A stretch of 63,852 nucleotides of DNA, filler included, from Craspedostauros australis (taxonomy: Eukaryota), in NCBI GenBank assembly GCA_030167865.1. It is 22 parts of 22 records of this genome, joined end to end, with 100 filler letters (N's around TTAATTAATTAA, not from the genome) between each part and the next. Parts side by side here need not be neighbours in the genome. Positions count along the whole stretch, not along the records: positions 37,103 to 48,776 come from JALAGF010003267.1; positions 48,877 to 53,254 come from JALAGF010003269.1; positions 53,355 to 57,992 come from JALAGF010003270.1; positions 58,093 to 59,605 come from JALAGF010003272.1; 18 more parts are not named here. The stretch is one strand, 5' to 3'. The translations under genes and the position numbers were made by a program. Shown here in pieces: positions 47,078 through 59,705 of this stretch (positions are counted from its first letter, which is position 1; each line of letters begins with the position of its first letter). Below the pieces are notes generated by a model, which saw only the letters and a program-made list of their open reading frames with translations, ran no database searches and was not told the DNA's origin.

Positions 47078-48776
47078 TCACGCTCGGCTGCTTCCGTTCA
47101 TCAGTTCTCTCTTCGTCTTCTCGTGCATCGATCTCAGTTTCTCCACCTTCCTCATTGCACCCCATTCTCCATACAGCCGAATGGCTTCTTCCATTGCCTG
47201 NTCGGCCGCATCGTCCATCCCCATCCTTGTCAAGCACTCCGAAAGGCGCTCATTCGCCAGCGCTTGATCGTTCGTGAAGCCGCAGCTTGTGGCGAGATCG
47301 ATCGCATCCTTGAACTTCACAACGGCGGAGCCGAACTTGGATCGCACCATCTTGTGTTCTGCTTGCACCAACGCGTAGCTGTGTTGGCAGTTTGGGTTGC
47401 CCATCTCGGCCCACTTGCGGAGCTGCTTGCGGCACCGGTCTCCTTGCTTGCGGTATGTGGCTGCTTTCGATTTGCTTGAGGCCGCGTAGCTAGCGGCATA
47501 ACAGCAGATGCTGCCGCACGATGCACTGACTGGAAGGCAGGCGACTCCTGGGATCTTCTTCACCTGCTTGTGGAAGGATTCTATCGAAATGGTCGCGCCG
47601 AGCTCGAAGTCGCCAAAGAATGTGGCGAGGACCACCTGATACAACATCGCAACGATTGCGATGGCCTCGTCTATCTGTTCAGTTGGCTGTCCGAAGAAGG
47701 CCTCTTCATCATACATGTCTCCCTTCAGCTTCGCTTCGTTGTTGGAGAGACCTCGGAGATTGTGAATGGACTGCCAACTCATGTTGAGGAAGTCTTGTTG
47801 CTCGATGTGCGGCACATCATTAATGGAATGTAAACACCTCAGCATGTCTTCGTCAAGTTGGGCCAGCGGTTCACCCGTGAAGAACCTGTTTAGTAGGTGA
47901 CAGGAAACATTTCGAAAGGCTGTGTTGACATCACCGCATGCCATGCCGAGCTCGTGCCCTCTCCACAGTTCTTGCAACGTCCCCTCCATCGGCTTTATCC
48001 AATGTATCACGGCGATGTTTAAAGCGCAAATGATCTTAGTCTCGCAATTTCGGTTTGATTCGTGTTCTGTCATCTGCATGGCGATCTTGCCAATCGTTTC
48101 CGCGGTTTTGAAATCTCCCATGATAGGCCCCATGACCACAGATAGATTAGCGAAGGCGGTAGAGGAATGTGGGAGGATGCCGTGTTTCAAAGTCCTCTCC
48201 ACACACTCAAAGATGACCAAAGGAAACAATTCCGGAAGAACGAAGTATGCAACAGCAACCAGTTGGTCCAGCAGCTCCATCACAGCCACTTGTGTTGGAT
48301 CCGCACACAATGGCTTGCTTCGGAAAGACTCCACAGTCCATCTCGACGCCACTCGTTTCATCTTGAGGAGACCACGTATCAACTTGAAGTTCCTGCCCAG
48401 CTTGCTTGTGGGGAACCTGCATCCAAGTTGGCCTAACACAGACAGGATTGTTGGGATCGTCTCCTTTGTTCTGGTTTCGTTGGATTCGATGAATAAGCCA
48501 TCGGCGAGGATACGGTACGCCCGGATCTTGTCAAGGATGGAGCAGTCCAATGACAACACGCTCGAGCAGTACCGCTTCATCTCGTCAATGTTTGTATTGA
48601 TGTACGCGCACTCGGCGGCCGATGAAAAGATGTCGATACTCTGATGAAGATGGGTCTTCCAATGATCAGCTGGCAACAGTGCCATTGCTGTCCGGAAATA
48701 CTCCGCCGCAGCTTGGAATGCAGCGCATTCGACAGCGAGCTGACCTGCCTTGGAGTTGAGCATGGCGATCCTCATG
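47078..48776 (-). CDS. C-terminal helical/TPR-like region of an AAA_16/STAND-type signalling protein, 5'-truncated
   Basis: LNSKAG..A...AAFQAAAEYF..AMALL..HW, AVIHWIKP, GMACGD, GNPNC, DQALANER and AIRLYGEWGA..KV resemble the post-ATPase region of multi-sensor kinase/ATPase proteins. Confidence 0.7.
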
Positions 48777-48876
48777 NNNNNNNNNNNNNNNNNNNNNNNN
48801 NNNNNNNNNNNNNNNNNNNNTTAATTAATTAANNNNNNNNNNNNNNNNNNNNNNNNNNNNNNNNNNNNNNNNNNNN

Positions 48877-51800
48877 TGATTAATACGATTAGTAAAGAGG
48901 TAAGAAGTACAGTGAAAGCTGTCACGCCCCTTGATCTTGAGGATGACCTCCGTAGAACAGGGCTGTGACAAAAGTGGTTAGATCTGGCCGTGCCAGTGCC
49001 TTTGTGAGCATATCCGCGAAGTTGAGCTTCGAAGGAATGTATATTGGGACCAATATCCCGGCTCCAACAGACTCGCGCACTCTGTGGAACGATATTGCCA
49101 CATGTTTCTTTTGTAGCAGGCTGTCCGCGATCGTCGTGTTCGAGATCACAGCCTTATTGTCGCAGAATGTGATGGTTGGAGACTTGACATGAACTCCCAG
49201 CGATCGGAGAGCATATCTGAGTGCAATAATCTCCTCAGTCACCGAGCGCAGTGCATTGAATTCCGCGCCATATGTCGATGTGGTGACCGATGTCTGCCGC
49301 TTGCTGGAAAAGTAGACAGGCGTTCTGCCAAGGAAAAGTATGATGCCTGTGTTGGATCGTCGCGTGACCAGATCATGAGCATGGTCCGCGTCCACGAATG
49401 CATACATTGGCAGCTCCGGGTAGATTGCCTCTGGAGCTCCGCTGTCGAGGTCCTCCATAGCTTCTGGGTATTCCTCCTTCATTTGCGCCACCAATTCCGG
49501 ATTGGATGGAGTCGATGGGAAGTTGTCGAATATCATTGGCTTGGAGTCGATCTGTGTGCGGAGGGTGGCCTTGTGCTTGAGGTAGCCCCATATCTTGAGC
49601 GCTCGCACAAGGTGTCCCTTGCGTGGTGATGCAGTGAAACGTGAGAGTGAAGAAGTTGCAAATGCGACGTCGAAACGTCCGAGCTGAACGACCCAGTTCA
49701 GCATGCCGATGAGCTGCTGGAACTGCTGTTGCTCGTCAGGTGTTAGTAGTTCGGTATCGTCCGTCTCTGGATGATCCTTGTTCCGCATAGGAACGTGCTG
49801 GTTGTGTAGCTGCCCGTGTTGGCGCTCGACTTTGTCCAGCGCGTTGGCGATGTACTTGTCACATCCAACGCTCCATTTGCCCTTGGCATTCCTGGAATAG
49901 TCGTTCCCAAGGTAGTACTTGGGAGGTCCGATGTCCTTGATCGTGTAGACCTGCTGGATGGACTTCATATATTTCTGTGGGTCCTTTGCCACGATCTTGA
50001 AGTCATCCACATGGGTGCAGATGTAGTCATATCCGGACTCGTCACGTCGTCTGATCCAGACGTCCTGGTCATGTCGTGATGGCTTGAATCCCATCGAGGA
50101 TAGTGTATTCGCGAAGTGTGTGTGGAATCGTTGTGCACTGGATCTGAGCCCGTACAATGCTTTCTTGAGCACGATTGTCTGGCCTTCCCGGTGGTCGAAT
50201 TCCTTGCCTGCTGTTGCGTATATCTTCTCGTTGGTATATGCGTTGACGAATGCATTGCCGACATCGCCGCAGAGCTGGTCCAGTTTGTTCGCGTCGGCGA
50301 TGACGTCGAGTATTCTCACGCTGGTCGACTTGACTGTCGATGAGTAGACACGGATGTTGTCTGCCAGCTCGATGAGGTGTCCTCCCGCCACGAGTCGTGC
50401 CTTGCGTCGCAGGTCCTGCTTGACTGCAAAGATGAGTCTGAGCTTCGTGCTCTGATATTCGGCTGATGGTCGATGGGTTGACGGATGGAATTCGAAGCAG
50501 TCGAGCTCGATGAGTGCATCGATCTCCTTCTTGGCTGCTGCTTTCCATAAGTCGTTGTTGTTGGCCTGGTCGAGTTGCAAAGCGTGTCTCATATTGCGTG
50601 GAACCTCGACTCCGTATTGAAATACAGTTGCAAAGAAGTCTTTCTTCTGCTTCTTCTTTCCTGGCCGGACCCGTCGTATGATTGTCACGTTGTCGTTGCC
50701 ATCGATTGAGAATTGATGCGTACGCTCGATTCGTTGGATGCGCCGTCTGATCGCTCGTAGTGCATGGGTTGCCCATTTCAATATCGTTTGCGATTGACGA
50801 TTGTGCCGTCCATGTCGAGTAGGCTTGTTCGCGACAATGTAGCGAGCCACGAGCTCCGGATGATCTGCCCGTAGGATGTCATATCGAAACCATTGTGTGT
50901 CATCGCTATCCCACCTTGCGTGAAGGTGTAGATGTCCGTCTCGGAAGCTGTGTCCAATGATGCTGGTGATGTCTTGCTCATTCGGATCGACCTTGTCAAC
51001 CTGATTCTGAAACATTTCATCGTGTTCGCGCTCTGCAAGAGAGCTTTGACGCCCCTGAGTCCGCTGCTCCGGTGGATCCGGCATGGGCTCCGCCGCCGAG
51101 CCGTCGGACTCCACTGAGATGTCATCATCTGGAATGTCGTCGCCGTCGTCGTCATCATCCGATATCATGCCAGCGGCGGTCTGTCCGCGCATGCCATCGT
51201 CGTCAGGCACGATGTTCGGCCGCCCAAACCATTGATCCTCTGATGGAGTAGTATTTGCGTCGACCTCGACGCCCCTGACCCGTTCAGGTCCAGGTTCCGG
51301 AATGCAGGCCGCCGCCCCTGACCGCACAGCAATCGCGTCGATGGCCTCGCGGACCTGTCGAGCGAGCTCAGCTGGCATCGTCTTGGCGCGTGCCCTGTCC
51401 CCCGAAGCGCCCCTGGTCTTGTAGTGTATGAGGTCGAGTCGAGCGATCCGCTGTATTTCCTCGTCAGTGATCCGTGGCACCTCTGCATTCTCCAGAATCC
51501 GTGGTTTCACGATGTTCCGGACGAGCGCCGTGCCTTTCTTGATATCGTCGGCCTTCGGTGACCAGATGTGGTATGTGAATGGATCGCCATGATCCCATGC
51601 GATTCCCAGGAAATATCCTGGCTTGAAGGGATGGGCCGGGAACTTCGTCATCGGTTCGAAGAACCACACCGGCTGGAAGAAAGTGAATCGAAACATAGAG
51701 ATGTCAGGAGTGTTGCCCCGAGCAAGTTCGATCGGCGTCTTCCATTGGATGCTGGCCTTGGCCGTGAAGTTCCAAACGTCGACGGCGTGCTGCACTGCGT

Positions 51801-53254
51801 AGCACCAGAATTCGAGTGGCGCAGATGCCGCCCAAATGAGTTGGTACGCGTGCCGCTTGATGTCGCCGATAGCTCGTTCCGCTCGGTTCTGGTTCTGGTT
51901 CATCGGTGTTGTGAACGAATGCTTGATCATATGCTTGGATGTTACCGCCTTCCATGCCTTGCCCGATTGTACTTGTGAGTTGTCGGAAACGAGTAGGTCC
52001 GGTGCCCCAACGTTGAGGATGAAGTCGGTTAGCGCCCCTGGCGCCATCGCCTCTCGCCGGAGTGGCTTGGTCCAAATCAGCTTTGATTCGCTGTGTATGA
52101 ACAGCTGGAAGCATTTGTAGTGTCGGATCGACTGGATGGTGGAAAAGAATGGATCTGTGTCAACTCTCCCGTGGAGTCTGTGTGGTTGCAGTACCCCTGC
52201 GCGCTGTGTACGGTATTGCCGTGGGATGAGTCGTGACTCGGCCTCGATCGGTTTGTCCGCCAGCTGGGTTGATGCCGCCATGGTCTTCTCAACCACCTGT
52301 TGTGGAAGATGCTTGAACACTTCGCCGAAGTCAACCCGTTGGTTGTTACGTCGAAGTCGTCGGTGTCTGTCGCATATCGTGATATGCTTAGTAGTGTTAT
52401 CGAGCTCGTGAGCCGTCGGTTTTCGTATGGGTATGCGCAGAGTGTTGCCGTCATGATTGGCCAGTGATATACTGATCCCCCCTGACGCGATGCGCTGTTG
52501 CCCTTGGTGTTGAAGTAGGCGATCGTAGACGTTCAGTCCGGACGCGCGCATATGATGAGTATTCATCAATGATTCCGTCTGCCTTGGGTGCTCGTCGAGC
52601 GCCACGTAGTTTGCCTTGATCAGAACCACATCCCCTGTGGGTGATTCATATGCTGCCACCGCGTCGACCATCTGGAAGGTCTCGATTTGCGATTCCATTG
52701 TTGCCCCTCGGGCTTGGAAAGTCTGCTTGTGTTTGCGGGTCACCACCCATCCGGATGCATGTACGATGTCGCCGTCCGCCCCTGAGTCCAAGATGATGTA
52801 GCCCTGGCTACCGTCCATCACTCTTGCCCTGCGAAGACAGTGTTCGACGTGCGGGTGGGTTATGCTCGACGGCGGCACTCGGGGTTCCACAATGCGTGCA
52901 CGCTTGGGCCGTCCCTCTGCAGCTGTACGCGTCTCCCCCCTACAGTCGCGGGGCTTGATACGGATGGCAACCTCAGACTGACGGCGAAGTGTGCCCGCCG
53001 TTGGTTGTCAAGAGCTGTCGCCGTATGATCCGCGTTTCTTGCCGTCGCGAGCCGGGCTCCCGTGGGGCCGGTCGCGCTTGGCTGCTCTGCGTGTGAGCGG
53101 CAGCTGGAGATTCTGTGCGAACTCCGCTGGCTTGAGTTTCTTGAGGGTCTCATCGTCGATGTTCTTCCCGTTCTTGCGGTAGTACCGCGTGGCCTCCACA
53201 AGGAGTGCCTGTTGGCAGGCTGGGAGGCGTCTGAAGACGCTGTCCGACAGCCGA
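48877..53254 (-). mobile_element. Near-complete Ty1/copia element: gag end, in-frame TGA (53008-53010), intact pol (PR-IN-chromo-like-RT-RH, stop 48922), PPT and start of 3' LTR
   Basis: PR ILDSGAD; IN VDTD..SDN..QNRAE; RT RRKARLVAGGH, DVGNAF, KALYGL, HVDD; RH FVDADHA, STYGAEF, CDN, ADMLTK. AAGGGGCG abuts TGACAG at the pol stop. Confidence 0.95.
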
Positions 53255-53354
53255 NNNNNNNNNNNNNNNNNNNNNNNNNNNNNNNNNNNNNNNNNNNNTT
53301 AATTAATTAANNNNNNNNNNNNNNNNNNNNNNNNNNNNNNNNNNNNNNNNNNNN

Positions 53355-54560
53355 CTGGACGGCGAACTTGCCTTTCACAATCTCCGTCTCGTTGATGGCT
53401 TCCGCCAGGTCATTGTTGTTGGTAGTACTGTGACTACCAAACAACCAACCGGCTGTCACGATGTTGTGTTCTTGAATGTCTGACTTGGAGAACGCAATTG
53501 CGGATGACCGGAGCNTTCCGTCGTCTTCGAANACTTCCGCGTCTGCCTTGTGNGCAACCCAGATCCTCGTGTAGGTATTGAATCCTGTGCGTGCGTACAG
53601 ACTCTCGACGAACTGTTTGATAGTCTCTCGAGAGGTCCACGGTACATCCGATGCAGTCCATGGTTTCATGTCCTTACTTCTTCGCCACGCCACAATCTGG
53701 GCCTTTGAATCAGCCCGGAATATGAATGATCTCACTTCGTTGAGGCTCGCGATCACCTGGTTGATCAGCGGATCGTTGGATTCTCTCGCCATGGGCAGGC
53801 GCACGTCAAAGAAGGTTTTGTTGAAATCGCTCAGAACGTCGTTCACGCTGGGTAGCTCAGCCTGACGAGCTGACTTCCTTGGGAAAGCCACCACCTTGCG
53901 CTTTGGTTTGCGTTGCTTTTTCTTCTTCTTCGGGTTAGGGGACGTAGTGGTCTCCTCTTCGTCTTCAAACTCGATCCCTTTGGACCGCATGAGTACGATT
54001 CGTGCCACTATCCATGCTGAAGTCTCGTGCGTGGCTCTGATCCGCCCTGCATCCCACATGTTGGGGAATATGTCGGGGGTGGCTACCAATCGGATCATGA
54101 GCTCCACCAGGTTGATGTTCTGGTCTGGCTGCAGCTTGTTGTCGTAAGCGTTTTGGAACACTTCCGTCCATTCCTCCAGCGTTTTCCCCACGTCCTCATT
54201 TTCGGAGTTCGCTTTGGTGTGCGCAATGGTCTCATCGAGAGCACCTTCTGCCCCTGTGGCGGTTGTGAAGGGTTCTGCATCCCGTGTCAGCAAATTACGC
54301 TCCCGAAGGATGTCACCCCACGATTTCTCATGGTTGTGACTCCAAATCCAACAGCCGTCATCCGTTGCGGTAATGGTTTTCGCCGCCTTCTTCCGTGCGG
54401 CTTCCCTGGACTGTTTCCGGCCCCCTCCTCCACGCCCTCCGCCGCCGTTACCACCATTGTGTCGCCCTCCTCTTCCTGCTCGTCCCGGTGCCCTTTGCTG
54501 GGTACGGGGTTGCCTTGGGCCGGCTCTGCCGGAGCCGTTTGCTGCGTCTGTGCGCGTCAT
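53355..54560 (-). mobile_element. Probable ORF1 of an Ambal-like non-LTR retrotransposon, 3'-truncated
   Basis: RGG-rich basic N-terminus, Lys-rich NLS-like patch and SDIQEHNIVTAGWLFGSH..DLAEAI, reminiscent of diatom non-LTR ORF1 proteins (recalled, not searched). Confidence 0.45.
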
Positions 54561-55891
54561 TGTCGAAGTTTTTGTTCTGGTAGTGTTTGTACACGTTCTA
54601 CGTAAGTTTTTTAGTACTGGTCCTACATACGTCTTCTCGGTGGAAGGGTCACGCGGACTATGTTCACCACGAATATGAAGTGCAGTACAATAGGACAGTA
54701 GCAGTAAGTCGAGAAGCTTCCGCTTGTGAGTCCGCTGGCCATGTGACAATTGTCTTCTGACAATCGGGAACTTGAAGAAACAGTGCATCGTTGACTGTTG
54801 CAGCTCTGTGCTGACTCAATTGAATATGATGCTGATTAATTCGATTTGAGACAACAGTTTGTCGGGATCTGCTCAGTTGATTAATCAAAGATTGCACGCT
54901 GAAGCTATTGCAGCTAGGATTGATGGGGTCCGATTGCCATTCTGATTCCATCCGACTGATTGAGTATTGCCAGATCTCTCGAGATGAAGCCAGCAGTGCC
55001 AAGGTATGGAATTCTTCAAAATGAAATCATACCCACGTGCAATATGACGCAAGTGGTTGCAAGCTCATTGTGATTTCTTGGCTGAAGCACATGTGGTGAT
55101 CGGGATGCAGCACACAGATACTTCAAGTAGTACTGATCAGACGATCAACGGGAGAATGCTGGAATGATGCGAATTCCTGAGAAGAATGTGCACAAGAGTT
55201 TGTTGTTGACACGATTGGGATACATGTAGTGTGTCCCTCATTGTCTTGTCTGATACTGGATGTCTTCCAGAAAATGGATTCGCTGTTTCAGGTGTTGTCA
55301 GAATTCGTTGTTCACACTTGAAACTCAATGACGTCATCGAATGTGCATTTCGCAGAATCAAGCAGTCGATTGTATCAACTAGTTCGTGTTCTCAACATTG
55401 AGTCCTGTTGGTCACGACTTGTATTACTCGTGTTTCATTGCATTTATCGCATTTGAGAGAAAACGTAGATACTTCCTCGAACCCCTCCTGAAAGCTACCA
55501 CCGTCGTCTTGCTGTCCTCATTACTATGCCACGCTCTGGCCTCTCTCGCTCTGCTATATTCGGTTGACAGAGGTGGCGAAGACAAGGAATCCTTGTCATG
55601 GCGGTTTCATGCCACTCTGTTGTGTACGTAGTCAGTTCAGTTCTTCCACCTGCGATACTATGCAGTTTGGCTTGCCTATCATACCATGCCATGCCATACC
55701 AGACTCGACTCATGTTCAAGGTCACCCAAATACCTCCCAACGGTGCCCTTTCCAGCATGTGAATGATCCATCTATTCAGATTATCCCTCTCTCCTCTCCC
55801 CTCCTCTCCTTTCCTCCAATGCCACCTCTCGCTCCCCGTTGAGACTGTTGAGGCTGTTGAGAAGATTGCGAACAGCCCAGGCGCCACTGCT

Positions 55892-57992
55892 TCAGGACAT
55901 GATCCATTCAATCTGCTTCTCGAGTTCCTTCTTGTTGAATGACAAAGGCTTGCAGATGAAGGCATCGGCACCCACGGCAGAAAACTCGGTGCCAACGTCG
56001 TTTGCTGACAGCCCGCAGATTCTGCTCTTTACTCCCCGTTTCCTCAATTCCTCCACCGTCTCTGTACCGAGCATCCTCTTCTCTGTCGTTGACATGTACT
56101 GGTCCATGAAGATCAAGTCAAACGATTTGCCGCTGTCACCTTGTGTTGAAACCATATCTATCGCGGTTTCGCCGTCGGGTGCTTCCTTCACGGACCAGTT
56201 CGGGAATGCCCTCTTGATGCATCGTCCGAACAGCTTGCGCAGCACTTTATCATCGTCGACAAATAGGACAGATAGGACCTCAGGAAGTCGCTTGTCTTGT
56301 GCTTCGGACATGCTCGGCAAATCAGCATTCGCGGTTGTTGTCGTTGTCGTTGTCGCCGGCGTTGCTGCCGCAGTGACTGCAGCAGCTGTCGGTGCTGGAG
56401 GTACTGATGCTATCATTGTGCTAGAATCAGGATTGTTGTGTGGTTTGCCATTGGATTTCCTCGTTGGTGCCGTTGGTGCTGTTGGCGTTGTGGTCTTGCC
56501 AGTTCCTGTCGCTTCAGATGTATGAGTATGTCCATCCGATGGACTGCCCTTGCTCTTGTCCCCCATGCCGCTGCTGTCACTGTTGTTGTTGTTGGTGGTG
56601 GTGGTGGTGGCGGCGGTGGTGTCGGCATTGTTTTCTACCTCTGTCAGTGGCTGTAACTCCACAGGGAATAATGGCAGCGGCGGCGGTGGTAGTGATGCCG
56701 GCGGTAGTGTCATCGTCTCTTGGTTGGAAGCACTGGCCCGAGCGTCTGGTGAACGTGACGAGAAAGGACTCAGAGGCAAAGGATTGCCCAGCAACGTCGA
56801 TTGGACCAATTCCGTTGATGACAAGGATTTCCGCGGTGATGGAAATGTGGCTGGGGTGGCTTTGGCATCAACACCTATCGCCCGATCAGCGTGATCGGAC
56901 TGAATGCTGGCGGTGTCTCTGTTGTTTGAGCCATTGCTTTCGCTTTCATCACCTGCAGCACTTACAGCACTGGTGCCACCGACACGATTGTCGATATTGC
57001 CGGCATTGTCGATATTGTCGGCATTGTCGACACGGGCGGTGCTGATGCGATTGTCAACGGCAAAAGCAGATTGGACAGTCATCCTGCGTTCTCTCGCCTT
57101 CTTGAATCTGTCGTCGCCGTCGTCGTCTGTTGGCGAAGATACGAGTGGATCGCCACTGTCGATTTGATCGTTAGTAGAGAATGGTGCGGGAGCGGAAACT
57201 CGTCTCGTTCGGGCCGCAGAGTTGCTGGGTGCCACATCTTCTGCTATCGATGATATGCTTGGAGAGCTGCTCCGATGCAACTGCTGTTGTCCATGAATAT
57301 GCATACTGCCGGCCTCCAGAATGCCACATGTGCTGGCTGATGTCAGCACTATCGAATGCCGGTCAGCATCGCTGTATGAATCTTGCCCGGCACTCGTTCT
57401 ACTTGAATCGAGGCAGCCTTTGTCAGACATGTTGTACTTCCAGTTGCCTCGCTCGCCTGTCCGTTGGTTGCTTCCAACTGTTTTCGTGGAGATGGCGGCG
57501 GTGGTTGCTGTGGTCATCGTGGTCGTCGTGGTCGTCGTGGTTGGCTTGCATTGGTGAATAGGAACACAACCAATATCTTCACCCTCTTCTGTTTCTGTGC
57601 TTGGTGTGCTTTGAGAAACGGCACTGCCACCGGGATCAACACTTCCATTCTCGCCATGACGACTACCGTGACGACTACCGTGGCCGCCGCCGACCACCCC
57701 CAGCTGCATGCTATTGGTACTTCTGTCGTGCAACGGCGCTGACGGCGTCTCCCTCAAATCGATGACGAAACGGGTGCCCGGCTGGCCTGGGATGCCGCTG
57801 TCGTACGATTCGTCCAACCAGATGTCACCTCCCATGATATCAATCAGGTTCTTGCATAGACACAAGCCAATCCCGGCTCCTTGTGTCGCAACATCCAGAG
57901 TCTCCTTGAACTTCGAAAACAAATGCTGGCGATCCTCGATCGGAATTCCAGGACCTGAATCCTCCACGTAGATCTTCACTGAACGACCCGAC
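55892..57992 (-). CDS. Hybrid histidine kinase C-terminal part (HATPase_c + long low-complexity linker + receiver), 5'-truncated
   Basis: G1 box VEDSGPGI, F box, G2 box GAGIGL, MGGDIWL..GTRF; receiver motifs LFVDDD, IFMDQYM, GLSAN and CKP. Confidence 0.92.
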
Positions 57993-58152
57993 NNNNNNNN
58001 NNNNNNNNNNNNNNNNNNNNNNNNNNNNNNNNNNNNTTAATTAATTAANNNNNNNNNNNNNNNNNNNNNNNNNNNNNNNNNNNNNNNNNNNNGTGTCGAA
58101 TGCGGAGCACGCATCGAACACGGAGTATCGTGTAGCACGAACACACGATGTT

Positions 58153-58177
58153 GAGAGAGAGAGAGAGAGAGAGAGAG
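58153..58177. repeat. (GA)n microsatellite
   Basis: Directly visible. Confidence 0.9.
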
Positions 58178-58310
58178 AATACAGAGAGGAGCGAGAGAGG
58201 ATCTCACGTACCGACTCATAGTCGGAGACTGAATCTACGAAACAGATTGAAGCGCCGAGAGCATCGGGCAAGANNNNNNNNNNNNNNNNNNNNNNNNNNN
58301 NNNNNNNNGT

Positions 58311-59605
58311 AATGAAATAGCAAACAGACGACTATCAACCAACACCATCTTCCACGATCGTAGGTTACCGTGAGCGGAACTTGCCAACAAAGCTAATCCC
58401 AATCCAACTACAGGGAAGAGTATTTCCAGAGCTCTGCGTGAGCTCGCAGACTTCAATGAACGAGGTCGAAAGGAGGAAGGCTATGAGAGCAAGTCATCAT
58501 CCAATGAAGACAGTGATGAACTCAGTGATGAGATAACTGACGAATCCAACAATGAAACTACAGATGACGAAGAAATCATAGACGAAGATGAAGAGATCGA
58601 GATCACTCATCACAGCACAACAGGACTATACGGGATGAACGCAATCATCACCGAAGTACCAGCGATCGACATCGGACTGTCGATGCAAGACGAGAACAAG
58701 GAACCAGAGAAGCACATCGAACCAACGACATTCGATGGAGCCTTCAATCACCCAGATCCCATCCATCGCAAGGGATATCGAGCAGCCATCAAAAAGGAGT
58801 TTGACTCCATGGATACACACAAGGTATACAGCAAGATCAAACGAGACGCCATCCCACGCGGCCGCAGATGCTGCAAATGCAAATGGGTCTTCAAGCTGAA
58901 ACGCGACAGCACACATCGAGCACGGCTCGTTGCATGTGGCTATTCACAAGTCGCAGGAGTAGACTTTCAAGAGCACTACTCACCCGTCATCCATGACGTG
59001 ACCTATCGGGTCATGATGGTGATCATGCTGATCAAGAAGATGGATTGCGCACTCGTCGATGTCGTAACGGCATTCCTACATGGAGACCTTGACAAGGAGA
59101 TCTACATGAACTGTCCCAATGGGATGGATCATCTAGCAGACGAAGCCCTGACCCTACACAAGCCAATCTACAGACTTGTGCAGAGCGCCAGGCAGTGGTT
59201 CAAGATGTTGGTATCGACCCTCAAGAATATCAACTTCGAACAGAGCGCAGCAGACCCGTGCCTGTTCTACAGGAAGACGAATAAAGGAAGCATGATCATG
59301 GCCATCTACGTGGACGATTGCTTCTGTTGCGGAGACCCCAAGGCACTGGAGACATTCCTGAAGGACATCCAAGGCAGCAAATTCAAGGTGACAATCGAGC
59401 GCGGACTCGGAGACTACCTCAGCTGCAACATTGAACTGAACCATGACAAGACTAGAGCGACATTGCGTCAACCACATCTCATCCGACATCTCATCGAAGA
59501 GTTCGGAACCAAGGTTGAAAGGATGCAGCGCTACGGGACACCGGGAACCCCGGGTCAAATCATCGTACGACCATCCGAAGATAACGGACTGCAGAAGGTC
59601 GGACC
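58311..59605 (+). mobile_element. Copia RT fragment, decaying
   Basis: CKWVFKLK..RARLVACGYSQ..GVDF, DVVTAFLHG, DPCLF and IYVDD; in-frame TGA at 58371; YRL instead of the usual YGL. Confidence 0.92.
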
Positions 59606-59705
59606 NNNNNNNNNNNNNNNNNNNNNNNNNNNNNNNNNNNNNNNNNNNNTTAATTAATTAANNNNNNNNNNNNNNNNNNNNNNNNNNNNNNNNNNNNNNN
59701 NNNNN

